A stretch of 64,000 nt of DNA from assembly GCA_965603825.1 (NCBI GenBank), contig CBFDEM010000048.1, forward strand, positions 124,001 through 188,000. Direction: 5' to 3'. The stretch comes from Blepharisma stoltei ATCC 30299 (taxonomy: Eukaryota > Protista > Ciliophora). The number at the start of each line of letters is the position of its first letter. The first letter of the stretch is position 1. Shown here one piece after another: positions 50,074-60,716 of the stretch. The translations under genes and the position numbers were made by a program. The notes under the pieces are model-generated. The model did no database searches and was not told the DNA's origin. It was given only the letters and a program-made list of their open reading frames with translations.

Positions 50074-52050
50074 ATGGACAAACTAGCTAAACCCCGTTCT
50101 CTGAAGGAAATAGAAAAACACCTGAGATCTGAATCCAGCAAATTTTATGATAATATTCCTAGCCAACTTAAAGATGACATCTCATCTTTTATTTCTTCCA
50201 ATAAGGAGCATTCTCTAGAAATCTTGAATCCGTTGAAAAATGTAGAAGATTCGATAGAACTAGGCCCAGAAGAAAAAAGAGCGCTTAAACTCCTTATTGC
50301 AGCACATAGTGTCCAAATTTATATGAAAAATGAAGAATTGTCAGATAAGAACATTTTGGAATGCAAGAAATATTTGGAAATATTATCAATAGAAGGAGGA
50401 ATTAATGTAATGAAAATAAATCAAGAAATAATTGATAAAACCAAAGAAATGCGTGAAGAGCTGGAGGTTGGGCCTGAAAAACTGACAAAAACACTTTCAG
50501 GTATTTTAACTTTACCATCTCTTGAAGATCAACAACGAGATGAAATTTTGAACTTGATTAACGAGCTTGGAAATGCAGATTTGCCAGATTTTAATAATCC
50601 TCTTAGTGAGGAAAAAAAGGAGATTTTTGATGAAATTTCACTAAACATGGAAGCAGCTCAAAGGTATGTCGCCTATGTTAAATCTCAAGATGCCAAAAAA
50701 TTTCCAGGCCTAGACCCTGATTTTCTAAATGAATTTTCTAAGTTGATTTTAAAATGCACAGACCTCGAAGAACTTAATGCTCTCTCAACTATGGTAAATA
50801 TTCTATCATTATATGGCAGTATAGATCATATTAGCAAGTGTTTGCAATTTAAGGTAAGAGCAGCATTATGGAAACCCTTGGAAGATATTGATGCCCTTCA
50901 TTGTCTTGTATTAAGATTGAATCTTTTAAAAGCTCTTAAATATTATTCCAATATGGAAAGTATTTATGAATCAATCTGCATTAATGGGTTAGAAATTATT
51001 AAGGACTTTGAAGCTGCAGAGCAATTTATGACTGCAATTTGTGGAATCCACCTTCAAAATGATGCTAAAATAAAGCTGCTTGATTTATATGCTGATAGTC
51101 AAAATTCCAAGATCAGAGCATATATTGATATCCCGAACTTGAAAATCTGCAGCCCTGAGCAAGTTAATTTTGATTCTCAGCTGTATAATGATTGTTCGCG
51201 CTCTAACTATTTGCTAAATATAAATAAAGTCGCTATTTTCTTGGATGGAAAAAGGATGTCTGCAGTCGATAAATGCTACTCAACTCGATCATTTCAAGAA
51301 TTCAGCCAGTTTAAAGATGAAATTCAAATTTTGAGAGAATTTCATGATACCGGTGATAATACATTTTTAAAGCTTTATGGCTGCTATTACAATGAAAATA
51401 CAGAAAAAGCTGATCGGCCGCATGAGCTGCATATAATTATGGAATTTTGTCCAAGCACACTTAATGAAGAAATTCAAAAAAGAAAAGCCAAAAAAAAGTA
51501 TTACAGCGCTCAAAAAATACTAAAATATTTAGATGTTCTCGCTAGAGGGTATAATCTATTAAAAACGCGTAGAATAGTTCACAGAGACATAAAGCCAGAC
51601 AATATTTTTATTGGACATGACAAGCGCTTAAAAATTGCTGATTTCAACACTTCTATTAAGGTAGATCATACAATAAACACAGTTAATTTTGAAGAAAATT
51701 ATACGATTTCTGGAACTACTAGTTATTTCGCCCCAGAAATGCTTCGAGCTTATGAACTATACAAAAGACACCAAGGAGATAGAAAATTTATCCACAATCC
51801 TTTAAAATCTGATGTGTTTTCATTAGGCATCACATTATTAGAAGCCGCTACATTAGAAAATATCAAAGGTTTGAACTCTTTTAGTGATTCCAATCTGCAA
51901 GAGCACATAAATAGATTTATTAATGAGAAGATACAGGACGAAGATTTAAACCGGATTTTGAAATCTATGCTTCAAGTTGACCCAGAGAGGAGACCTTCTT
52001 TCAGAGATTTGATTATTGCGATTAGTAATGCAAAACCGACGGAAGGTTAG
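50074..52050 (+). CDS. Protein kinase with long helical N-terminal region
   Basis: HRDIKPDN, ADFN, YFAPE, SDVFSLG, PERRP. Confidence 0.88.
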   Translation: MDKLAKPRSLKEIEKHLRSESSKFYDNIPSQLKDDISSFISSNKEHSLEILNPLKNVEDSIELGPEEKRALKLLIAAHSVQIYMKNEELSDKNILECKKYLEILSIEGGINVMKINQEIIDKTKEMREELEVGPEKLTKTLSGILTLPSLEDQQRDEILNLINELGNADLPDFNNPLSEEKKEIFDEISLNMEAAQRYVAYVKSQDAKKFPGLDPDFLNEFSKLILKCTDLEELNALSTMVNILSLYGSIDHISKCLQFKVRAALWKPLEDIDALHCLVLRLNLLKALKYYSNMESIYESICINGLEIIKDFEAAEQFMTAICGIHLQNDAKIKLLDLYADSQNSKIRAYIDIPNLKICSPEQVNFDSQLYNDCSRSNYLLNINKVAIFLDGKRMSAVDKCYSTRSFQEFSQFKDEIQILREFHDTGDNTFLKLYGCYYNENTEKADRPHELHIIMEFCPSTLNEEIQKRKAKKKYYSAQKILKYLDVLARGYNLLKTRRIVHRDIKPDNIFIGHDKRLKIADFNTSIKVDHTINTVNFEENYTISGTTSYFAPEMLRAYELYKRHQGDRKFIHNPLKSDVFSLGITLLEAATLENIKGLNSFSDSNLQEHINRFINEKIQDEDLNRILKSMLQVDPERRPSFRDLIIAISNAKPTEG

Positions 52051-52095
52051 CTAGATAATTAATGTGAATTTTTAAATAAAACAGTTTAAATTAAA

Positions 52096-53220
52096 ATGGA
52101 CACCGAACTTACAGAAAGAGTGATCATCGACATTGGGTCACATATGATAAGAGCTGGGCTCTCAGGGCATGATTCTCCTAAAGTTCAAGAGCCCACTGTT
52201 GTTGGGAGGCCAAAGTTAGCAGCTGCTTTGTCCTTAGACAGCAAAGATCTTTACATAGGCCGCGAGGCTATTGAAAAACAAGACATTTTGCAGCTTTCAC
52301 ACCCTGTCAAATACTCTCAAGTTCAGAACTGAGATGAAATAGAAAAGCTTTATCATCACATTTTCTTCAATGAGCTTCTAGTAGATCCAAATCAGCATAA
52401 AATCATGATAATGGAGCCTCCACTAAACAAAAGAGCAAATCGTGAAAAAATCACTGAAATCATGTTCGAAACTTTTGGAGTCCATGGACTTTATGTAGCT
52501 AACAGCGCTGTTATGTCACTTTTTGCGAGTGGGAGGACTACAGGACTAGTCATAGAAAGCGGGCTTAATGAAACATCTATTGTCCCGGTATTTGAAGGGT
52601 ATGCACTTCCTTGTTCTACATTAAAATTAGGTATCGGTGGAGAAGAAATCACTGATTTCTTATTGACAAATTTAAAAGAAAGAGGAAATGAGCTTCCAAA
52701 TTCTAAGCAAAGCGAAATTGCTCAAGATATCAAAGAGAAATTGTGTTATCTGTCTCCAGATTATCAACAAGAATTAAATATTGCTTTGACTACAAGCTCT
52801 ATTGCAAAGGAATATGAATTGCCTGACGGAAGATCAATAACTTTAACTGTTGAAAGGTTTAGAAGTCCTGAAATTCTATTCCAGCCTCTTCTTATTGGAA
52901 AAGATCAGCCAGGAATTCATGAATTGTCTTATAACGCTATCATGAAATGTGACCAAGACATCCGACGTGAATTATTTGCCAATATCATTTTAAGTGGCGG
53001 TAGCACTATGTTTCCCCGAATAAAAGACAAAGTCCAACGCGATATCAAAGCGCTAGCTCCAAGCAACTTAGACGTGTTCGTAAAAGCTCCACCAGAGCGT
53101 AAACACCTAGCATGGATAGGTGGAGCCATCCTAAGTTCTATTGATAAATTCCGCATGTGGATTTCTCGGTCAGAATTTGATGAATTTGGATCTGCAGTCG
53201 TACATAGAAAATGCTTTTAA
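52096..53220 (+). CDS. ACT: Divergent actin / actin-related protein, 374 aa
   Basis: IDIGS..RAG, N(W)DEIEKL, NREKITEIMFETF, ILSGGSTMFP, WIGGAIL..VHRKCF; TGA 52330. Confidence 0.92.
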
Positions 53221-53248
53221 TAATTTCTTAAAATAACCAAATTAACTA

Positions 53249-54557
53249 TTACCCCTCTTGTCCATACATCTCTGTGAATTCCTGTTGTTTTAGTAAATCT
53301 TGAGGAGAAACAGATGGTCTTGTGGTATCAAGAATTCTGAAAAAGTCATCAATATCCACCTCAGGCGGTTTGAGAGCTCCAGCAGGGACGTCCATAAGTG
53401 TCATTTCTCTAGCTCCAGGAGTACTTGGGGCGCATGGAGAATACTTGGTCTGTCCTGCAACGTTGACAGGCAAAAAGTGAGTGGCTCTTTGGCATTTTCT
53501 TACAGGTTCCATTAATGCAGCTTTTACAGTAGTAGCAATATCAGAGCCTGAGTAGCCTTCAGTCCTATTGCCAAGCTCATTGTAATCTTCTTCAGTCAAA
53601 TCATTTGGGGTGTCTCCTAAGTTCAGCTTGAACATCAAAGCTCGGGCTGGTGCTTCTGGTAGCGAAATATAAACTCTTCTTTCGAAACGTCTTCTGATAG
53701 CAGGGTCTAATTCCCAAGGAATATTGGTGGCGCCTAATACTAAAATCCCTTCTTCATTATGCCCGACCCCTTGCATTTGAACGAGAAATTCCGTTTTGAT
53801 TCTTCTTGTGGCATCATTTTCTCCTTCACTTCTGCTGCCGCATAGACTGTCGATTTCGTCAATAAAAATTACAGCAGGTCTGCTTGACCTAGCCATTTCA
53901 AAGAGTGACCTAACAAGTCTTTCGGACTCTCCCATGAACTTGCTGACTAAATCACTAGAAGAGACTGAGAAAAAAGTCCCATCACATTCGGTTGCACATG
54001 CTTTGGCAAGGAAGGACTTGCCAGTACCTGGTGGACCATATAGCAAAATACCTTTCCAAGGGGTACGTTTACCAACGAAAAGTTCGGGAAATCGTGATGG
54101 CAAAATGACGGCTTCTTGCAAGACTTGTTTGGCGTTGGCGAGCCCTGCGACATCAGTCCATTTGACGTTGGGCTTTTCTGTGATAATTGCCCCTTCAAGA
54201 CCTTTGCGCAGCCCTGCATTTGCATCGTCGTCTTCTGGCCGATTACCTGATTTGCCTGGTCCCTTGCGCTCTTCTCTGACTCCGCCGCTGAGAACTGGCT
54301 GTTTCTTTTCTTCTCCATGCAAATAGTCGTTAAGTTCTTCAGCTCTTTTCATGTACTCGCCAAGTTTTTCCTGGAAGCTCTGCTTGAGAATGGGATTTTG
54401 CTCATCTATATAGGGCATTACATTTATAAAGATGCATGAAGTATCTAATTGACTGCTTGTAAAGGCCGTAGGCTTCTTCGTAGTTTGTCTTGCGATCTTC
54501 ATCACATGCTCGTTTGGATATATCAATAGCTTTCTTTCGAAGATCTTCGTTTGACAT
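53249..54557 (-). CDS. VPS4: VPS4 AAA ATPase (MIT + AAA); true start 54557, 16-nt intron 54406-54421
   Basis: [22 protein letters not shown]; removing GTAATGCCCTATATAG restores the MIT N-terminus [29 protein letters not shown]. Confidence 0.95.
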
Positions 54558-54850
54558 TTATTTAATATGGCAACACAATTGCTAACAGATAAATATGAAC
54601 GTTTTAAATTCAAAGGAAGTGAAGGAAATTAAATAGAAAAAGGAAGCTCAGCATTGGAGAGTGAGAAGGAATGAGGAAAGATGGGACCGAAGAAATTGGA
54701 ATTTTAGGGTCAGAGATATATATGTAGATAGAAATTATAAGATATCGGTTTGGTCTATATTATTAAATAAAAGATTGTATAGTGATTGTTGGGAATATAG
54801 CTAATAGATACCATACTTGTAAAGAAAAAATAATAAAATAATTATTAAGT

Positions 54851-54955
54851 ATGCTCAAAGAAGACCAAGACTGTGCTGAGGAACTTGATGAGCAGCTTAT
54901 AAACGAGGAATACAAAATCTGGAAAAAAACCTGCCCATTTCTTTATGACTTCTAA
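54851..54955 (+). pseudogene. Truncated 34-codon 5' copy of RBBP4
   Basis: MLKEDQDCAEELDEQLINEEYKIWKKTCPFLYDF-TAA; one mismatch to 55530-55627. Confidence 0.8.
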
Positions 54956-54969
54956 TTGTTATCTCTATT

Positions 54970-55252
54970 TTAATCGTCTTCTTCTGGCTGATTACCTGAT
55001 ATTTCTTCTCCATGTAAATACTCGGCAAGTTCTTCAGCTCTTTTCATGTACTCGCCAAGTTTTTCCCGAAAGCTCTCCTTGAGAATATGATTTTGCTCAT
55101 CTATATAGGGTTTTACATTTATAAAGATACATGAAGAATCTAATTGACTGCTTGTAAAGGTTGTAGGCTTCTTCATAGTTTGTCTTGCGATCTTCATCAC
55201 ATGCTCGCATGGCTATTTCAATAGCTTTATTTCGAAGATCATGGTTTGACAT
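54970..55252 (-). CDS. Stand-alone MIT-domain protein derived from VPS4, 88 aa; intron 55101-55116 (may be a pseudogene)
   Basis: Intact ATG, 16-nt intron GTAAAACCCTATATAG, open frame to TAA 54970-54972. Confidence 0.6.
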
Positions 55253-55529
55253 TTATTTAATATGGCACCATAGTTGCTACAAATTTTGTAAACGTTTTAA
55301 ATTCAAAAGAAGTGAAGAAAATAAATAGAAAAAGGAGGCTCAGTATTGGAGAGTGGGAAAGAATCAGTAAAGATGGGGCCGAGGGAATTGGTCAGAGATA
55401 TAAATGCAGATAGAAATTATAAGATATAGGTTTGGCTTATATTAAATAAAAGATTGCATAGTGATTGTTGGAAATATAGCTAATAGATGCCATATTTTTA
55501 AAGAAAAAATAATAAAATAATTATTAAGT

Positions 55530-56792
55530 ATGCTCAAAGAAGACCAAGACTGTGCTGAGGAACTTGATGAGCAGCTTATAAACGAGGAATACAAAATCTG
55601 GAAAAAAAACTGCCCATTTCTTTATGATGCTTTAATTACTCATGTCCTAGAGTGGCCATCATTATCTGTTGACTGGCTGCCTTCAAAAGAATCCCGCTCC
55701 AATTGTGATTACACAGTCCAGAAATTAGTGATAGGTTCTCATACCTCAAAAGCAGAGCAAGAACAATTAATCGTTGCAAGCGTAAAATTGCCACTAGAAG
55801 AAACAATCAATGCCAAATCAGTCCTGGATAATACCAATGAGGCTAATTCTCTTGTGAAAGCTGAGTTCAAGATAGAACCGATTATCAGGATAAACCATGA
55901 TGGTGAACCGAATAGAATCCGAGTGATGCCAAAGCACGACGATTTGATAGCTACCAAAAGTCCATCAGGGATTGTTTATATTTACGACTACACCAAACAC
56001 CCAAATAAGTCTACGAACGGCCCTCAGCTGATTCTTCAAGGCCATTCTAAAGAAGGATTCGGACTGTCTTGGAACACAAATAATCAAAATTGACTGGCAA
56101 GTGGCTCGGATGACCATTTAGTTTGTGTTTGAGATATCGCTGCAGCCACTGATGCGAATAGCACATTATATCCTTACAGAACGCTAGTAGCTCATACTAA
56201 TATAGTAGGAGACGTGTCCTGGAGCGAGTTTTATAACCAAACCTTAGCATCTGTTGGAGATGACAGAAAATTGATTTTATGGGATTTAAGGCAAGACATC
56301 CCAACCCATTGTATAGACGCTCATATACATGAAATAAATTCAGTAGACTTCAACAAGACAGATGAAAACCTCTTGGCAACAGGCAGCAGTGACAAAACAG
56401 CAGCTATTTGGGACATCAGAAACATGGCAAATAAGCTGTGCTCATTGGAATTTCATAAGGACTCAGTGCATAGCGTAAGGTGGGCACCTTTTAGTGGAAC
56501 TTTATTGGGAACTGCGGGAAGCGATAGAAGAGTATTGGTTTGGGATTTGAGCAGACTTGGAGACGATAGCATGGATGAAGACCAAAGTGAAGGGCCGCCT
56601 GAACTGCTATTTGTGCATGGTGGGCATACAGCAAAAGTAACAGATATTTCTTGGAATATGAATGACCAGCTAATGATGGCAAGCACGGCTGAAGATAACA
56701 TTTTGCAGGTCTGGCAGATGACCCATGCATTATTTGCCCCGCTAGATATTAGGATAGATAGTGTTGACCCTGCAGATTCTGAAGACTTATAA
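55530..56792 (+). CDS. RBBP4: Histone-binding WD40 protein RBBP4/MSI1 (CAF-1 p48), 420 aa
   Basis: INEEYKIWKKNCPFLYD..LEWPSL, GPPELLFVHGGHTAKV..EDNILQVWQM; TGA 56091 and 56130. Confidence 0.95.
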
Positions 56793-56849
56793 GAATAAAG
56801 GAATTTCTTAAATTTAGACTAAATTTTATTAAAAAGACACAAAATATGA

Positions 56850-57735
56850 CTAACTAGCCTTTAATTTAAATAAAGAAGGCCTCAAAATATAGCTAAGAGA
56901 TAGCCATAAATATGTTGAAGTTATAGAGAGTATAAAAAGATAGAACTCCGCCAAGTAATAGTAATTATTTCCTATGGTTGGATAAAATGGATCAGCTAAG
57001 CTAAAATTTACTTGTGGCAGCACAGAGTGTGAAATTCATATTTGCCCATGTAAGCATGCTTATATTTGATAAAACAAGTCTTTGATAGAGCGTAAAGAAT
57101 TGATAACCCTTCTTATCACTTACAAAGTATATGGCTCTCCAGTTAAATTGATATCGAGCTGTGTATCTTCCTGCTAATATTAATAAAAATGGAACAATTA
57201 TCCCAGTTAAGTAATGCTCTGCATGGAATAACAGATAATCATACTTTAGTGGGAGATTGCCTGGGGTAGGGAATAATAAGGCGATTTCTCTGCATTTTAC
57301 TTACGCGCACCATGTGTTTGCTATTGTGATAATAAAAATTTTTTTATTTAATCCTGATGACTTAGATAAAAGACAATAAGCTTGCAATAAAGTGACTGCG
57401 TGGCATGGGTTGAGCAAAAATATAAGCCGATGCCCATGTGATTTTGAGTAAATTTGACATAAAAGCTCAACAATTTGTATAACCCCAAAGATTTTTTCTA
57501 TGAGATAAGGAGACTTTGGGACTGATTTTGTCAAACTTTTGGAAACCCAAGGCCCTGTGAAGTATTTCAAGACAAAGTACTCAAAAGTGACCTGAATAAA
57601 CAATACACAAACCAAGGTACATAGCAGGCGATAAGCCACCGTCATTTGGCTTGCACAAGCTGGCCCTCCATCATCCATGCAGTCAGAGTCATGAGAATAC
57701 GCTTCTCCTGCTAAAATTTCATAGGCGATATCCAT
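56850..57735 (-). CDS. TMEM164: TMEM164-like membrane protein; introns 57290-57304, 56996-57011 (16 nt), probable 57109-57123
   Basis: GGPAC, IFLLNPCH, and after splicing ANMNFTLCAATTDPF. Confidence 0.8.
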
Positions 57736-58046
57736 TCTATTATGAGAAATTTATTTGAGATGTCTTAATTACGATTGATATACACAGAGATTAATTAATT
57801 AAAAATGTTCATCAGCCACTTATAATGTTCTAGTAAAATTCCAATATGAACATTTTATGCCTTTACTTAATATGTAAAGATTTAAAAGGTCCAGAAATTA
57901 TTCGACTTGTATCTAAAGCAATTTTATGATATTGTCTTAGGGATTCAGATTTTAGATTGTGATTTGGAATCAATAGTGAGGCAAATTAAGTAGATAAAAA
58001 TTAGTTGAAATTATTAGAAAATAATGATAAATTTTAAAACAGCAAA

Positions 58047-60050
58047 ATGCTATTATCACTTATGTTGACTTTAATCTCTCTTCTCTCATTTGCATATGCT
58101 GACCAATGTCCAAGCTATTTTTGCACAGACAAGTTGCCATCAAGTCAATGCATAGCCTTTTCCTATCCCTATCAATATTATCTCAATCCATGTGATCAAG
58201 ACCTCAATTGTAACATCTCAGCAAAATCCAATTCCTCCTGCATAAACAATGAGTTAGAATCAAACCGTTATCCAGGCGATTTATGCTCATTAGACATTGA
58301 ATGCATCACAAAGAACTGTTTCTTAGGCATCTGTCAAGGCCCTAACATTAATGAGCCATGTTCCTTAGGAGTCTGTATGCCAGGCGCTTTTTGCAATAGT
58401 GGGATTTGTGTGGAACAAGTAAAAATTGGTGGAGCTTGCAAAGATGAGTATGATTGTGTTAATAACGCTCTCTGTGACTCAGGATTTTGTATTGAATATT
58501 GAAGTCTTGATATAGGAGAAATTACAAGCTCAGTAAGCGTAGAAGGATTTTCAATGGCATGTACTTCAGGGTTTGCAAGCCCTCAAGGGGATAAGTTTGT
58601 ATGTGCAAACCCTCCATTATCGGCATCTACGGCACTGCCTATTGAATGTGAATTAGGGACATTGTGTACATCAGCAGATGGGCTGTATTCACAGGAATGT
58701 GCTTGTGGGTTTAATTCAAATGGGAATGGGTATTGTCCTCTGTTTCCTGGAGATCCTTATGTGCAAAGTGCTATTCAGGATTCAGTAGCTGTCCTTTCGA
58801 TCAACTCAGGCTGCAACACTCATTCAAGATTTAGCTTCAACTGTTTTGCGAATTTCCCAATAGAAGATCAGAAGACTTTTCTTAATTTTGCATTGAATTT
58901 AACACTTATTAGAGATGGTTATTTTCCTGAAGTTCAAGAAAACCCTTATTGTGTAAAAGAAATTTTTACGAATTTTTACTGGAACATGTATAATACTTTG
59001 CAAGTGATTTCTTATCCTCAATGTCCTCGGTATTTCTGCTCAAATTCTACAGACGAATGGGATCAGCTTCAGTGCATTCAATATCGCAAAGATATTTATG
59101 AATCTGATGTCCTTAACACCTATTATGTCCATCCCTGTGATAATTCTGGCTTAACCTGCCCTTCTTCCTCTTTTCAAAATTCCACATGTGCTGAGCCGCC
59201 TCCTAAAAACTTACACCCAGGTGACTATTGTAAAGAAAATAGTGATTGTCAAAGCGGGGTTTGTCAGCAGAATTTCTGCCTAGGTAAGAGAAATGGTGAT
59301 TTTTGTGAATATATTCATGATTGTATGCCAGGGTATTTTTGTAATACAACATTGATGCTGTGCCAAGACCTGCAGGTTGAAGGGCAGTATTGTTCACTGA
59401 CGTATGAATGTGCCAATTATTTAATATGTGACCAAAAAGCCTGTATTGCGTATTACAGCTTGGATATAGGTGAAATCACTGATAACGCAGATTTCAATGG
59501 TTTTTCTCAGTCATGCGCAAGTGGCTTTGCAGTGCCTTTTCAAAATGGCTTATTTAAATGTGCAGAGCCTCCAGTTTCTAATGAATGGCCTGACCAATGC
59601 AGACCTGGAGTCGATATATGCTACGATAAAACAGGAAACTTCAGCAAACCCTGCACATGTGGGTTCACTGAAGATGGTGAATCATTTTGTCCTTTATTTG
59701 AAGGAGATTCCCCATTGCAAAATGCGATTGCAAACCAGAATACTCTTTTAGAAATAAACCAAATCTGCAACACAGTTTCAAGGTTCAGTGAAAATTGCTT
59801 TTTGCAGACCAAAGATTATTTAGGCGTCTATTATGACTATATTTTGAACTTAACAGAGTATATGTATTATCCTTATTTGCAAGGGAATAGCTATTGTGTA
59901 AAAGAAGTGTATACATATAACTTTTGGAGACTAGTAGAAGAAGAAATAAAGTGGGACAAGGATGAAAAAGATGATCATCCAGGCGATCACGATGATGACG
60001 AAATAGCAATTCAGCTGATTTGTTCAGGGATTTTATTAAATTTAATATAA
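58047..60050 (+). CDS. Cys-rich secreted/surface protein with two ~310-aa internal repeats, 667 aa
   Basis: Signal peptide, duplicated QCP(S/R)YFC..PGD(L/Y)C..C(A/T)CGF..YCVKE units, hydrophobic C-terminus; TGA 58500. Confidence 0.85.
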
Positions 60051-60062
60051 TTCTTATATTAG

Positions 60063-60533
60063 CTAGCTTATTTCAGGGATGTTTGAAAGCGTTATTGATC
60101 GCTTATTTTTGGGCCTTTTAATTTGGGTTTCACTTCTTTCTGCAGGCTTTTTGAGGATAATTCTGTGGGATTTTCTTATAATTCGGCCTGATTTTCTTGG
60201 GCTCATTAATGTAATTTTGGCTGTATCAGTATTAAGATCGGATAAAGAATCGCATTGGCTATTAATTTCACTGAAAGAGTAGTCACTGAATTCGGTGCTG
60301 GTAACGCTATGTGTAGGAGAGGGTTGAGGAGTTTTAACTTTTCTCGTTTCTCTTCTACTTGTAATTATAGCTTCAATAGTAGAAATCAACATATCATTTG
60401 TGGAATAGAGTTCGCGGTTCTCTTCTCTATATGAATCAAAACAGTATTTGAGCTCGTCAACTGCGATTTTTAGCCTTTTATAGTTTTCTTCGAGGTCTGA
60501 GTATGAAAATTTTTCAAGGAGTTGCTTATTCAT
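60063..60533 (-). CDS. Hypothetical coiled-coil/Ser-rich protein
   Basis: Open 156-aa ORF filling the space between neighbours. Confidence 0.6.
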   Translation of the reverse strand: MNKQLLEKFSYSDLEENYKRLKIAVDELKYCFDSYREENRELYSTNDMLISTIEAIITSRRETRKVKTPQPSPTHSVTSTEFSDYSFSEINSQCDSLSDLNTDTAKITLMSPRKSGRIIRKSHRIILKKPAERSETQIKRPKNKRSITLSNIPEIS

Positions 60534-60716
60534 TTATCCAGTTTTGGAAGACTAATATTGTTTAAAATAATTAATATAGCTTGGAATTCAATAAACAAGA
60601 AGTTTAATTGATTTAAGAACAAAGTTTGATTTTACTCGTATTTTAGCTTTAATTTTGTATATCTATATTATAGTTTACATTTATATTTTTTATACTAGTA
60701 ACTATTTTAAAAAATA

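Larger units (their letters stand above)
54224..55627. repeat. Direct tandem duplication (~54224-54948 and ~54973-55627) spanning the VPS4 5' end, divergent promoter and RBBP4 5' end
   Basis: Collinear near-identity by eye through coding and intergenic parts; 24-nt junction at 54949-54972. Confidence 0.9.

Noticed and set aside
54422-54613. ORF-track N-terminus of VPS4 (MNLKRSYLS..)
   Set aside because: Wrong frame upstream of a 16-nt intron; the spliced model from ATG 54557 restores the MIT domain.
28417-56792. LIN54-like and RBBP4 genes as a MuvB/DREAM cluster
   Set aside because: They are 26 kb apart with many unrelated genes between; no evidence of functional clustering.
1080-58347. Single CCCTAACA-like telomeric 8-mers (1080-1087 reverse, ~58340)
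   Set aside because: Isolated single units inside coding sequence; expected by chance.
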